Shown piece after piece: positions 21,434 through 35,654 of a stretch of DNA of 64,000 nt (position 1 is the first letter of the stretch; each line of letters begins with the position of its first letter). The notes under the pieces were generated by a model that was not told the origin of the DNA, did not search any database, and saw only the letters and a list, made by a program, of their open reading frames with translations. Origin of the DNA: Marsupella aquatica (lineage: Eukaryota > Plantae > Marchantiophyta); NCBI GenBank assembly GCA_973895155.1, contig OZ316892.1, forward strand, positions 29,704,932 through 29,768,931. The letters are read 5' to 3'. The position numbers and the translations under genes were made by a program.

Positions 21434-24400
21434 ATGTGGAACTTGTGGAAGAAATGGAAGAAAGTTCAAGCTTTGCATAAATTTGAAGGTAAATCTTAGA
21501 TCAAGCTCACTTCTGTAATGGTATTTTTAATTACACTTTCTAGCTTTTGTTTACAATGTTGTAGTATTCAAATCATGTAAATTCCTGTGCGACGTATAAT
21601 TTCTATGCTTGAAGTACTCAGTACCTACTGCCCATTCACGAGCTGATAAGATGACTGGAGTACTGCATTTGATTTGATTCAATCAAGTTGAAATCTGCTT
21701 AACACGATCTACTCTGTGATGAGAATAGCCTTGGCAGGTCGTGATGTGCAGCCTGTGCTTTATGAGTACAATGACCTTAAACTCGCTACGAGGAATTTTC
21801 ACAATGACAATTGCATTGGGGAGGGTGGGTTTTCCAAAGTTTACAAGGTGAATCTCGCCAGCTTAACTCATTATTTATTTAGGTCTTGCATGTATTACCA
21901 TGAATATCAAGAGCATGATTTGTCCTTGAACATCATTCTCCTTAGGGTTACGCAAGTCATTTAGTCTTGTTGCTACATAGCGTTGATTGGTGGAGCCAAG
22001 ACAAATAACTTTGTTGGAAAGTTATAAAGTAAGGAGGAAACTTAAATATGTGAATCCCAACTAACTAAGATTTGGATATAGCATGTTCACTCTAAATGCC
22101 TTCCTATTTTAACTCATAGATATAAATAATGTTGTTAAATCATATTCAAATACATTTCTTAAATGACTTATTATAAAATAAAGGAAATGCCTATTAAATT
22201 CCAAACGTTGAATGGGGGAGAAATGAGGGGCAGCAGTCTCAGACTAAGGGGTAAGGAGGCGCCGTCCTGGGGAGAGTCATAAATAGTTTTAAAGTAAACC
22301 TAACGTCAGGAAAATGAAAGGCATCACTATTGGTGGTGGTCTTCCTTTGAGACTGAGAGCTTGAGGACCCAAGACTTGCCCTGCAATGACATTTTGATTA
22401 AGATGGAGGGCTAGGTAAAGGACAAATTATTCACAGCAAATTTTCATATCTGAACATAATCTTATATAATCAATATTTCTCAAATTAATTTTTTCTGGCA
22501 ACTAATGAGACTGACTCATGATTCTTTTGAACAAGAAAGGGTGAGCAGAATATTTTGACAGTACCACTGGAAGGGGGAATATATCCAAACTAACATAGAA
22601 ATATACTTAGAGCCAGGGGAAATTGCAAGTGATATTTGTGTGTACTACTTCATGATGACAATATGGACGTTAAACTCACTTCCAATGTGTTAGCAAATAA
22701 AGTTATATCAGGTTAAGGCCTGAGGCTAGACAAGTCTACAAGAGGCTAATGTACAAGTGACAATCGTGTCTCAAGTTTGTGATTGATTATATAGCATTAT
22801 TGCATATCAATTCTTTACGTCAATGCTACTGGGAGTAACAAAATAAATGTGGTAAATGAAGCAAATCTAAATTCGCTGTGCCATCTGGCTCTCTTACATG
22901 TGATTAGGGAGTGTTTGAAGACGGGACAATGCTAGCAGTGGAGAAGCCAAAAGATTCTTCAAACTCACAAGGCTTGGGTGATTTTTTGAACGAAGTGATG
23001 CTAATCACCGGCATCAGGCATAGAAACTTGGTTCAACTGAAAGGATGTTGTATTAAAGCGAAGCAGCACATACTTGTTTATGAATATGTGGAAAATGGAA
23101 ACCTGGGAGAAGCACTATGGGACCAGCCATGTCGTAAGTTTCATACTCCTTTCCAGTGAATTGTAGTTCCATTCTTACTGGGCTTCCAAATGTTGCATAT
23201 TTTGGTCTTCCAATTGTTACATATTTTGTAGTGGTTGCCCCAATTCATGGCTGATGGACTATGAGATAATGTTTTATAACTCGTTTCCACTCGATTTCTG
23301 TTCTGTTGTAAGTTTGCCCAACTCTGAGCGCGATAGACATGGTATGAAGCAGATGGATTGTTCAGTGTTATATATGTTAGTATAAGTTAAAATGATTACA
23401 TTTTGAGATGCATGAATTATGTGAGTCATGATTATGTTTGGTCCCCGGAGAATGAGCCACGTACGGAAGGCAAACAGAATATTCTCTAATTTCAACATCT
23501 TTCTCCCTAATTTTCTCCATGGGTGCAGCGTCAAATGGAGGATTGAACTGGGAGAATCGTTTCAACATATGTGTGGGGGTTGCTCGAGGTCTTTCCTATC
23601 TTCATGAAGGGTTAGAACCATCAATTATCCATGGAGATATAAAGCCATGGAACATTCGTTTGGATATGGATCTTAACCCCAAAATTTGTGACTTACAATC
23701 AAGTGAAGACTACACAATTGCAGGGACTCTGTAAGTTGAGTTGTTTAGGGTCTACTTATTTCTAGATTGAGCTTAAGTTCTAGATAAAAACTCTTTTTAT
23801 TCATGCTACAACTAATAACTGATTCAAAAGCATAGCTAGTCCATGATCTACTTAAAAAGCTTCAACACACACAATTTGTGAAACCCGTCTCATCAAGTCA
23901 AGGAAAAATGCACCAGAGTCCATGTCAAAACTATTGTTGATCGTGTTCATAATTGTTTGGGTGTGATTTGGATGTAGCGGATACATAGCTCCAGAATATA
24001 TGTCTACTGGCCAGTGTTCAACGAAAGTGGATGTTTATAGCTATGGCATTGTTGTTTTCGCGGTTCTTTCTGGAAGGAAGGACAAATTCCTTGCAAGCTG
24101 GGTATGGTCTTACTTTTTCAAAATTTGCAACTTATGGATTGCTAGAAGTTCAAGTTCAAGTTGATCTTATCTAGGAAAACTCATGGTACTATTCCAGGTA
24201 ATGAAGTTGCAGTAACTCATGGACGGGTTGTGTTTAAGAACTCAGGTGCATACCTGTATTTTTTCCATTTACAGTCAAATGTGGTGACCATTATTCGGTG
24301 CATGTGGGGCACTGCTAGTAGGTTCTAGTTTTCACTCTCTCCTATTATTTCTGCTGAATTTTCAATTCTAGTTTTCAGCTTTTTTGGCAAATAGATCTGG

Positions 24401-24987
24401 TACCCGACCACTTGACAGCACCAGTTCTGGACTGTTTCAGATTTGCGTACTTTCGCTAATAATGAATACAGTTCATCAAGGCCAGACTAGATTCACGGGG
24501 GTTTCCCCCAATATTACATATGTTCGTTCAGCTAGAGGTAGTCTATTGGCAATGCATGGAAAACATAAATTATGGAGACCTTAAAAGTTGTTGATTTGAT
24601 GGAACGGCTGCAACATTATTCATTTGATTTGGGCAGAAATTATTGGCTATGTACCTTTACAAGGAAAATTTGGTTCAGTTTCTAACATAGTTTACTTGAT
24701 TGTGTCTGTAGGTTAAAAAGAAGCAAAACGAGGGGTTATTGCTGGAGATCTTGCAACCCGAGTTGAGAGAGAACTGTGTAGGATCTGAAGTAGTGAGAGC
24801 CATGAATGTTGGTCTGTTATGTATACAAGAAGATCCAACAAGGCGCCCATCAATGTCTCAAGTAGTAAACATGCTCTTGGGAAATATGGATACAGTACAA
24901 GAGCATGAAAATGACCAATCTGATTGGGAAGACCCATCGACTGAAGGTAAGATTAAATATCGATGTGAACCCTCTCAATTCTCATGA
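21434..24987 (+). pseudogene. Receptor-like kinase cytoplasmic domain, copy 1 (LRR-VIII/malectin-type); DFG region deleted
   Basis: Exons [24 protein letters not shown]; [23 protein letters not shown]; [30 protein letters not shown]; GYIAPEY; [23 protein letters not shown] lacks the FGLAKS segment seen in the other copies. Confidence 0.88.
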
Positions 24988-26458
24988 TGGAAGAAGGCTT
25001 TTTTGTCGTCAAGAAAATTAATGTGAATGATCACTCGGGTCATTTCTCATCGCATCTGTGATGTAAGAAGCGTCCTCATATCTAAGCTCTCACTGAGAAA
25101 GAGAACTCAACAGCTGACAGAGGCTGGAGTGAAGGTAGTGTGACTACTTGTGTTTGATTTTGAAATACATATCATACATATCATGCAAAACAAATTAGAA
25201 ACATCATGCTCAGGTCTGGGGAGAGCTAGTTGTGGGTGCGTGGTGATGCTGTGAATAGTGAAGAATACCGAATGTGGACTTGAATGGATGTGCCACACAA
25301 AATTCAAGTACGCGATGTGTTTCCGGTCAGCAAAACGGAATGCTCACAGTCTGTATTTCCGCATTATCTTTGTTTTGAGCTTCTGTGGAATTGAAACGAC
25401 TCGATTCATTTGAATCTTCAAGTACTTTTTACTATCGTTCAGGAGTGACGGCTGAAAGTTATTAGTAAGTACAAAGCTTAGACAGGTTGACGTACTGTGG
25501 GAAGGGTGGAAATCTGGAATGACCGATATTCGTTCCCAGCCTTTTTCTTGTGGAAATATTGATTGTGCGTTTGCGCATGGTTGCAGATGACTTGGACGAT
25601 TTATATAGTCACCTGATCACTGAGGAGACTATGTGCGACCCTGTAAGTATGGATACACCAACAAGCCGCCCATCAACGTCTCAAGTAGTAAACACGGTGG
25701 GAAGTATGGATACAGTACAAGAGCATGAAAATCACCAACCTGATTTGGAAGGCCCATCGACTGAAGGTAAGGTTAAATATCTATGTGAACCCTCTCAATT
25801 CTCATGATGGAAGAAGGCTTTTTTGTCGTCTAGAAAATTAATGTGAATGATCACTGAGGTCATTTCTCATCGCATCTGTGATCTAAGAAGAGTCCTGATG
25901 TCTAACCTCTCACTGAGAAACAGAACACTCAAAAGCTGACCGAGGCTGGAGTGAAGGTAGTGTAACTATTTGTGTTTGATTTTGAAATACATTTCATATC
26001 ATGCAACACAAATTAGAAGCATCATGAGGTGTGGGGAGAGCTAGTTGTGGGTGCGTGGTGATGCTGTGAATAGTGAAGAATACCGAATGTGGACTTGATG
26101 TGCCACACAAAATTCAAGTACGCTATGTGTATCCGGTCAGATGCAAGACTGGATGCGCGCAGTCTGTATATCCGCATTATCTTTGTTTTGAGCGTTTGTG
26201 GAATTGAAACGACTCGATTCATTTGAATCTTCAAGTACTTTTCTACAATTGTTCAGGACGGCTGAAAGTTATTAGTAAGTACAAAGCTTAGACAGGTTGA
26301 CGTACTGTGGGAAGGGTGGAAATCTGGAATGACCGATATTCGTTCCCAGCCTTTTTCTTGTGGAAATATTGATTGTGCGTTTGCGCATGGTTGCAGATGA
26401 CTTGGACGATTTATATAGTGACCCGATCACTGAGGAGACTATGTGCGACCCTGTAAGC
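24880..26458. repeat. ~810-bp local tandem duplication (kinase tail to U-box start)
   Basis: gaccgatattcgttcccagcc at 25521 and 26331; chimeric ORF 25550..25807. Confidence 0.88.
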
Positions 26459-26920
26459 TGCTCTGATGGCCGGACTTATTGTCGATGGACTCTGATCGAC
26501 AATTTAATGACCAGGTCACCATATGACAGGACAAAACTGACTATCTATTGTGATGACATCACTGCAAGGTCAAGATTATTTAGAGCCATTCCAGAACAAG
26601 AATCAAAGTTTCGGCAGCGTCGAAACAAACATCGAGAGGAGGCCCTGCAGCACGCACGCACTGATCCAGTCGAGTTGGAGTGCGCCATAGAGAAGCTGAA
26701 CGACGTTCTCTTGTGGGACCGTGGAGATACTGAATGTCGGAATGAGCTTGCTCGTGTTCTAAGTCTTGTTTGTGAAACATTTCCTGAACCATCGCTTTTG
26801 GATACAATTCCTGAGGTGATGCACGAAGATGTGATACGAGCTAGACTTGATAGCGAAGGAGCTCTCGTTCTTAAATTCTTGGTGGTATTTTATATTGCAA
26901 TCTGGACGTTCATAATCTAG
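26387..26920 (+). CDS. U-box domain protein with helical region and C-terminal hydrophobic anchor, copy 1 (5' exon uncertain)
   Basis: YSDPITEETMCDPVSCSDGRTYCRWTL...TRSPYDRTKL fits the U-box pattern (CPIT.E.M.DPV...DG.TY.R..I...SP....L); C-terminus LVLKFLVVFYIAIWTFII. Confidence 0.75.
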   Translation: MVADDLDDLYSDPITEETMCDPVSCSDGRTYCRWTLIDNLMTRSPYDRTKLTIYCDDITARSRLFRAIPEQESKFRQRRNKHREEALQHARTDPVELECAIEKLNDVLLWDRGDTECRNELARVLSLVCETFPEPSLLDTIPEVMHEDVIRARLDSEGALVLKFLVVFYIAIWTFII

Positions 26921-27879
26921 TAGATTCCAGGCACAGAGTAAATTAATGCAGATCTTTGACCAAGTTATCGTAAACAGTGGGGAAGACTCTGGTTAATGAT
27001 GACATTTGAGTAACGCTAAGAGTCTCTAGAAGTCCCGCTTCTATGGAGTATCAAGACCCTGCATGAAGGCGAAGCGTCAAAATGGTGGGTATATCAAATT
27101 GCATTTCCTGACTCTAAGATTAAAGTCAACACTTTTATGAACATCCGGTTGCCGTCTCTCTCGTTGGATTTCCAGTATTTATCTTAGTTTTTGCAATCCT
27201 GAGTATTGATGGCTCTGTCGTTATTTTGATCGTCCTGAGTAGGAAGGCAGAAGCACCAGCAGCAGCTCCGATTTGACCGAAGGCAAGTCACTCACTTCCG
27301 TCCAGCACTCCAAGGATATAACTCATTGTACGTGGATAAATTGGGTATATATATCGATGACGAGATATGGCCGGTTCCAGACCCAGTGAAGTTCAGACTG
27401 AGGAGTCAATATTGTACAAAAATATTTCCCGGTGACTTTCCGTCATCTCACTTTTCTGATCGGTCCTGCAAACTGAAGATCGCATTTTATCTGTAAACCT
27501 GTGCATAATCTCGGGCATAATGCTGTTCCGTGACTTGCAGAGTGTTATTTTCTGAGCTTAGTGGTTGACTTTATAATTAAACTATGTACATGACGATTAG
27601 TGTCGGAAGAGGTCCTTCTGCCGGAAACCTTCGAGCGACCAGCGTACGTTCTCCAACTTCCAGAATCTGAAAACTCCAGGAGAAGGACGATGCTCAATGT
27701 AGTGGTTCGATAGATTCCAGTGGATGCCCTTTAATTTCTTTAAGTGCTCTCGTCTTTCTCGTCTGCAAGCTTAGCCTCTTGATCAGGTTCAATCAGTCCG
27801 ATTTACACCTTGGCAGTTGCGCGAAGGAAGGATATTTGTCTCAGCAGATTGAAAAAGATATAGTAGACGTTATCCTAGG

Positions 27880-30800
27880 ACCATGGAAATGCCAACAACG
27901 CCAGGAAGTCTGCATACCTTCCGCCGATATTTTGACGAGAAGAGAAGAGAAAAGCAGAGAAGAGAAAGCTGATATCTAGGTAGGGGACAGAGAGAGAAGC
28001 TGGTATCTAGCTAGGGAGACACAGTTTGTAGCAACAGTTGAAGACAGAAGAAGCAACTCTGAATAGGATGCCATTCAGTCAGTGGATCTGGGTTCAATTG
28101 CGGAAATTTCTGGATCCATCGCATGATGAAATGACGTTCGCGCAGCTGCAAGCATTTTGAGCCGATGACAAAAACTGGAGGAGTATTTCCTCGTTCGCAT
28201 GGCACCATTATCAAAAGACAGGGGACTGGTTCGCAAGAATGTTTGAGGCGGTGGGCTAGATTGGGAGCCAGGTATATAATTATGCCAACTCGGTCCTTGT
28301 GAGGGAGCTTCCGGGATGCCAGTGGACCTTGATGTATTTCCCTGTTTAAGAGAAATCATTAGGGGCTGACGAGAACTCAGTAGGGGCACATTAAGTTTAG
28401 TGTGCCACGTCGATCAGCAGTCGTGGAATGGTAGTACTTAGGAATCAGAAAATTCTCGACCAATCCAAGCGTGGAATGGTAGTACTTAGGAAGCAGGAAC
28501 TTCTCGACCAATCCAAGCGGTATTGTTGTTTACGACCTTTGAAGCCTCTAGTCAGGTTAATGTAGCAACAGTCATCCCGTTCCCGTGAAGTCCCGGATCT
28601 ATCTAGATGAACGATGCACTTACCTGAAGTTCAAGAATTAAGGGGCTGTTCAATCAGGGTGAACCTGACTTGGTTAGCTGGAGTATTCGTGCGGATGTGA
28701 GTCATTGGAAGGAGTCACATGGAAAACAGTCGCCGGCTGAAACACCTTATGTGGAGAAGGTGGAGCTCGGTGACGTGAAGCTCAATGGGACAGGCATAGC
28801 TCCTGTTTTGCAAAACGTACTGACTAATGTGACCACTCAACATATCTGGCAATGTTATCTCAGGTGCACTGCTATATCCTTTGAGAATACCTCGTGCGCT
28901 ACTTGTTCTTGATATCAGCAACAACTTACAGCTTCGAAGGCCCATTCGAAGGTCTGTAGCTTGAAGCAATCAAGAGGGTCGAAGCTTTGAACGTAATATA
29001 AGAAGAATAGAAAATTAACATATGACAATTGCTGGGGCAGTCTGGCCATGGCCTTATTCGAACACAAGAAGTGTTCAGGAATCATTCACTCGTGTAGGTT
29101 GCAATTAGAAGCAATAATATAACAGTCAATATATTCCACTCACTTTAGAAATTATTGGCTCTGGCCCGGTGTTGAGGCAGTTGCAATGATCTAGAGAACC
29201 TAGAAGATCAAAGCCCACAAATGGGGTACAAAATCCTTGTTAAGACCCGTTCTCGGGACCGGACCATTGACGAGTTTCGTGGCACAGGCATTCCCTGTTG
29301 TAACCATTACAACCAAACGGCTTGACTTGTGGAATCCTGTTGGCTAGGGCTCCAGGCCTACAATTCTGTGAGCATCAACGAACAGGGTAATTATTAGGTT
29401 TTCTGGTTTCTGCCAGCAAATGGTAGCTTAGGTGAAACAGAAATGCTAAGAATGTTCGTTCTGTAATTTTCCTAGATGAATTTGTGATGGGTGTATCTCC
29501 CTACACTTCAAGATACCTTCAAATTGTGGCTAATGGGATCTGTGGCTAGGTGGAAAACCTGACTAATCTAAGGCAAAAAAGAACAGCGGGATTCTAGCCA
29601 AAAGCAGTGAAGACTCTTAAGTGAGGTACGATTTGATGTGTTTTTACCACCAAATTAAATATCCCCAAAACTTACGTAATAAAATTGGTTACTGGGTGTT
29701 GACAGAACTCAGTAACAGAAAATTAAAGGTCATGTCCAATTCAAACATTGTATCAGACTGAGACTACAAACAGTTTTGACTTTCTACTCTGTTAGTTGAG
29801 GGGTCTTCAAGATTGTAGTCTAGTGTGGTGTGAAGCTAATTGTACCCATGGTGCTTCTCGGTATCGTTTTGATTTACTGTGTAGTTTTTGTGTATGCGTA
29901 ATGTAACCCTTTGCTCTAAGTATCCATTACGGGTTGGGGGTTGATTTCCATGATTGCTATTTACAGGAAACAAAAAAAAAGGTGGGCTGAGTTCCATTCA
30001 TGGTTGCTGTTTACACTAAACAAAAACAGGGTGTTCCCGGACTGGATATTTACTCCCTACTTCCCAGGGATTTTTTGGAGATCCATGTCTTACAGAGAGG
30101 TGGTGCCATGTCCCACCGGGTCTTCACTTAATCTAAAATGAGTTTATTGAGGAAATGCTTTTGAAGGCACACAAAAAGAGCCAGAGTTATGCAGTTGCCT
30201 CGAAGATTCCTGTAAAACCACTGAAAGACGTGGTTCTTCGTTGATAGTCAGGGTCCACAGATCAATCTGGGGCCCAGATGAAGCTGAAGGGCAGCTACAT
30301 CTAAGTCTGTAAAAAAGTAGAGTTGTGTGCTCGAGGGAGGTTTGTGCAATCATGGTTTCAGGACTGTTTAGACCCAGTTCATCATCGGAAGTCACTAGAA
30401 AGGATAATTGATGGACCTCGTTAATTAGGCGCCTGGATGACTGCAGTGATCGAGATTCTGCAATGGCTAGAGTGCTTGGAACCTGATTCACTACATCACT
30501 GTTTCCCCAAGTATCCCAATTTGGCATCCATTCCATCAGCAGCATAGAGGTTCAGGCGATCTGTTCACTCAGAGCTTCACTCACGTCGAGGTTACTTTTG
30601 CTGACGTACTACCAATTGAAGATTGCGATCGAGAGTCTGTAGATCAAGCACAGCGGAGCACTTACTTAGATGGTTCAGCTTAATTAAACCAAAGTCCGTA
30701 ATTTGGCCAAATTCTGAAAAGGTAAGAGCTCGATCTCTCTCTCGATCTGCCCTCTGAGCTCTCTTACTTGGTAACCTCTATACTTATCGTTTTGTCGAAG

Positions 30801-31620
30801 TGACCGTAGCTCTGGCGAAACCTGTCCAAGAAACCAGATATGTGAGAGGCTTCAATCCTTCCTCCCCAATACGATGTAGGGAACAGAGTGGTCACATTGA
30901 CGTTTTCAGACTTGGCAGCTGCTCCTGTTCCTTTCCTTTCCTTCAGACAGTTGTCAATTCCTCTCGGATTGCTCTCTCCTAGCTGCTCTTGATGTTTCAT
31001 TTCATTCCGAGCCTTTCCTTTGATCTGTCCTCCACGACGTGGACAGGTTTCAGTGGCGGGTGGCCGGGTTCTGCTGTTGAGCGTTTCGATTTTCAGTTGT
31101 GGCCGGGTTCTGCTTCGACTCAGCAGCTAATTTTCCACTCCATTGATCTCCATGCTCGCAGTGGCAACTGATCGAGTAGATACTGAATTAAACCCTAAAT
31201 CAAATTTCAAGATTAAAGGTGTGAATTCTGTGAAATTCTCATCATGTAGTGATGCTTAATTAGTCATGCTTGTCCAGTGAACAGTTCCGGTTGCCGTATG
31301 CGTAGACATCATACTTAATTGTGCCCTCTGGCCACGCATCCCCAATCCCACCACTCCGTCGGGGCAATTTAGCATGGAAGTGATTGAAAATCAATGTAAT
31401 TTGGCGTAGAGTTCCTCATGATTTTCGACTTGTGTTGGGCTACAGCTGCTGTCGTTGAATGTGTACGCTGGTTTAAAGCAAGCACCAGCCAAGCCGTGAT
31501 TTGAGCTCTAGAGGAGAACTACTTCCATGACGTGCGAATATCAAAATCTCCATAGCTGCGGATCGACAGTGTCCATCTTTCCAAGGGATCTCCCACCAAG
31601 CGTCTTCTAACAAACGGCTG
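27880..31620 (+). pseudogene. Partial, heavily decayed LRR-RLK ectodomain copy without kinase
   Basis: Collinear similarity to 47150-51420, e.g. VEKVELGDVKLNGTGIAPVLQNVLTNVTT at ~28750 vs TEKLELSDFRLNGTGIAPLLRNGLTNLTT at ~47970. Confidence 0.65.
29238..30126. mobile_element. Possible solo LTR
   Basis: Insertion relative to other copies; begins TGTTAAGACCCG and ends CGGGTCTTCA (imperfect inverted TG...CA termini); no clear 5-bp TSD. Confidence 0.35.
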
Positions 31621-31876
31621 GCCTTCAAAAGACAATTGTCATTGGCAGCACGTGTCGGTGTACGTGGTATGCGGTGCAGCCCTTTGAAAGTTCTCTTCCG
31701 CCTGAGGTATCTTCACCTTTACCACTCGGAGATTGTTATTCTACAAAGGCTTTTGCCCAGGCTGTGTGCGAGTGAAGAAGCCGCGGCAGCAGTGGACGCT
31801 TGCTTTGGTACACCGACATTTCTCTTCTGCTCAGGAACAGCACTCAGAGGCAAAGGTTTCTGACAACAAGCGTACC

Positions 31877-34800
31877 ATGGCAGCGGCCCCATATAAAGGG
31901 CCTCCTGTAGCAGTCATTGGTGCCGGAGGTGAGAAAACTTGAATGGAATTTGAAGTCGTATTCTCTGTCGCGACAGTATTATAACTATGCATTCTGTTGT
32001 CTCGATCAAATATGCTTCGATATCTTCTATTGTCACATTGAAGCAGGCAAGTAAATCTATATCTGAAATTAGTAGACTCAGAAGGAATCAACTGCAAATC
32101 GGTTTGGTATAGTTCACCGAATTCTCGATGGTCTTGTGTATTTAACCTGCCCTGCAAGCCTATAATTGATTCGTGGAAAAAACAGCACTTACCGGGCTTG
32201 CACGTTCCAATTCAATTCCACTGAGCGTTATGGTAGACAGGAATCACTGTAATGCCCTAAAGTCTTTAGAAATGTTTTTTCGTGTGACTTTTTTGACCCG
32301 ATGTTACACATATGGAATCTCTCATCTATACCTGGGGTAGATTACTGCCACGACTCGGCAGACGATTTTGCTTTAACTGTGAAGATGGGATGTTATTGGT
32401 GCAACAGTTGCAGGCTGTGTTGCTGCATCGTCACTCGCAGAACGAGGCATACCTGTGAGACTCTTTGAAACGGGACGAGGCCCGGGAGGTCGACTTTCGA
32501 CTCGCCGGTGTGGTCTCTGTGTTCTAGTCTTGTGCTACATAAGATTTTCTTAATCTCCTTTGCGGCTCTTTGCGTTAGAAGTTGTGAAATTCACCAGTTT
32601 GGTTTCTAAAATCTGCCGTCTCAAAAATTGTCTAAGAGTTTTTGGAACTTGTAGATTCTGATAAGTTCGGAAAGATGAAGGGAAGAGGATGTTGATGACA
32701 ATATGCTTCTTTTGCTTATGGACAGGGAGAAAATGATGGACGGGACGGAGCTGTTGTTTGACCACGGTGCGCAATATATGACAGTCAGCAACCCATCTGT
32801 GCAGTCTTTGGTGGACAAATGGCAGGCTGCTGGTTTAGTTGACATTTGGCATGCAAAGTTTGGCTCTTTCGACATGGTTGAACGACAGTATTCAGATGAA
32901 ACTGTGAGCATCTTCTGGTAGAGCTCTGTCAATTTCCTCATTTTTCTTGGCAGTGTTGTTCCGATGTCTTCCCATTACTACCCACCTACCATCCCACAAG
33001 TAGAAGTATCCATTTTGCTTGCTCCTCAAATGAGAAAGTCCCACCAAAATCTCCTAATAGAAGAGCAGCCCCTATCTCATCCTCCGGAACTTTTGACATC
33101 TAACTTCCCCAGCCTGTTTAGGAATATCCCCGGTTTCCAGTGGTTACTATGGAGGGCTTTACAATATCTTTCCTCTGTACTTTGGACTCTTAAAAGTGCT
33201 AACTACTGAATTGATGAAACGTTAGTATGATGATGGCATGACCAAATATGTTGGAGTTCCTGGAATGAATTCGATCTGCAAGGCCATGACTTTGGAACCT
33301 GGTATGAACAATTTCCTGCTGATGAACAGAATGCCGTCTATAGAAGAGTCTGTCGGCTTAGTTGCTTCCCCGATGGTCTTGTCAGAAGTGATTGGTTTTA
33401 CTTATTCTGCGAAACGTTGTGCTAAAGCAGGTATAAATGCCCTGTACAACAGCATGGTCGTCGAAATGATATGGAAGGAGGAAGGACTGTGGCTTTTAAA
33501 GGGCAAGAATGGGGAAAGCCTAGGAGGATATGGGGCTGTGGTAGTAGCTGATAAAGCACTTGCTTCCAGCCGCTTTAGAGCTCAATCGGGATTGCCGCCT
33601 CCGCTTGGTAAGACCGACTTATGTACATCCATATGCTGTGAGGTTTGGGGTGTTGTAAATGTTATTATGTCCATACAAGCAAATCCCGACGTGATTTTGC
33701 AAAACATTTTCAATATTTCAGATTTCCATAGTCATCCTTGGAATCAAACGCTTGTGAAATCATATTTATATATGGACAACACCCTGGCTAAACTTTCAGG
33801 CCTCTGGTAGTTCTACCCTTAACGGCATTGTCCTGTTCAATCTGTGTCAAGCGCAGTAGATGGACACCTTTCCTCCCTAAAAGTTTATTACCACCTTGTA
33901 GATGGACACTTTTCATTCCCTGAAGGTTTATCACCTTCTTGTAGATATTGCTATGCGGAAGAGATGTTTACATCTACCTTTGGTGTCAATAACACAATGA
34001 TTTTTCTATCTTGGATACAAATTTTGTCATTGTAGTTCTATTACCATCATCAGAACCACAGTCTTAAAACTTAGATGTATCCACACATTTCTTCTAGATC
34101 ATACCATATGTTGTGATATGGATGGTAAGGTAGTTAATTAGTCTGTGGACTACATCTAATTGTTTTTGTTCTACCTTGTCCTCATGATTGCAGAAAATGC
34201 TGGAGTACCCGATTTGTACAGAACTTTGTCCTGTATTGGATCAGTGCCATGTTTCACTGTTATGGTGGCGTTTTCTCACCCTCTGACTTCTGTGAGTGAC
34301 TCGTGATCTACGTCTCAGTTTGTGTTCCCCAGGGGTGTTGGTCTTCCATGAGTCAAAATCCTAAGATCCATTTGTTACATCTGCTTATCTTGCTAGCGTT
34401 TCTTCATTGGATGTCTCTTTCTTAACGTATATGACAAGCAGAAATCTGTCTTCTTGTCAAACATGGAACTCGTTGTCTTCTTCTGCAGTTGTTGGTGCTT
34501 TCTAGTATGACAAGATGTACAATGACAAAATACGAACGCCCATCCGTCACAGTCCATGAGACTATCAAACTACAAGGATACGTTGAGATGCTAACATGTT
34601 TGATTTGGGTTTGTTCGCAGGTGCCATTTGATAGATTTACTATAGAGTCTTCAAACTTCTTGGCAGGAGCTGTCCGGGTGAGCAGCAAGCCGGGCCGGAA
34701 GGTGCTTCCAAACAGGTTACGCTTCTTTCAAAGCATTTTGTGATTGAAGTTAATCATGTACTTTTCTCACCCGTCCTTGCATGTTCTTCTTACATTCGTA

Positions 34801-35654
34801 TGATCATCCATCCCAGCAGTGTCCCTGTGAACTCTGAATGGAATGTTGAGAGTTTTTGCATTAAGATAGCTTATAACAAATTCAGCTGTAATTGTAAAGA
34901 GGCTCGTTTGAGTTTGTTCTTTAATTGCGCCATAGTTACATCGCTTGCGAGATTGTCTCACTCAAACTTACTCCTATTAGTCAACAGTGGAGCATAGAAT
35001 ACAATGCTCTTTCTACAATATGCGCACTGCTGGATGATTTGCCCCACAAAACACTCACATCATTTTGTGGTTGACTTCTATAGTGAAAATTGGGTGCTGC
35101 ATTCTTCCATAGACTATGCCTTGGGCATTGTAAACAAGGAGGGGTTTGCGAAGCCTTCTAGTGCATCGTTGGAGTCAATTGCCTTAACTCTTCTGAAGGA
35201 ATTCCAAGGGATTGTTCCAGAGGCTATCGATCCAATCCATGTGAAAGCTCACCGCTGGTAAGTATTTCTGTCACCTCTCTTCATGCACTGAACAAACAGC
35301 AAGCGCAAGGCCTCTACTTGTTTCCTGCCATTGGTTTATTTCAAGCTACAAGTTTGAGCATGCAGATCTAGTCTAGTACGATGTATAGTGGCTAGAGATA
35401 GGTGGAGTCACGTTGCATCAGGGTTTTGGGTGTGTTCGTCTTTAAAATTATGGTCCATGTAATGATGCAGGGGTTCATCTTTTCCAACAGCTTCTGTTGC
35501 TCCAGAGGAGAAATGTCTTGTGGATACAAGGAAGAAAATTGTTGCGTGTGGTGACTTCTGTGTATCCCCTCGCATTGAAGGCGCCATTTTCAGTGGGCTT
35601 GCAGCAGCTGACAAAATTGAGCAAATTCTGAAGATTTCAACGGCCAAGATCTAG
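31877..35654 (+). CDS. Renalase-like FAD/NAD(P)-dependent oxidoreductase, multi-exon, apparently intact
   Basis: VAVIGAG|VAGCVAASSLAERGIPVRLFETGRGPGGRLSTRR (Rossmann and GG motifs); FDHGAQYMTV; KYVGVPGMNSICKAM; WVLHSS..YA; KAHRW|GSSFP; ACGDFCVSPRIEGAIFSGLAAA; stop at 35652-35654. Start could lie further upstream. Confidence 0.9.

Noticed and set aside
24384-24584. 66-aa ORF conserved identically at 43778..43978
   Set aside because: Lies in a kinase intron; identity reflects recent duplication or conversion, and it is not maintained in copy 3.
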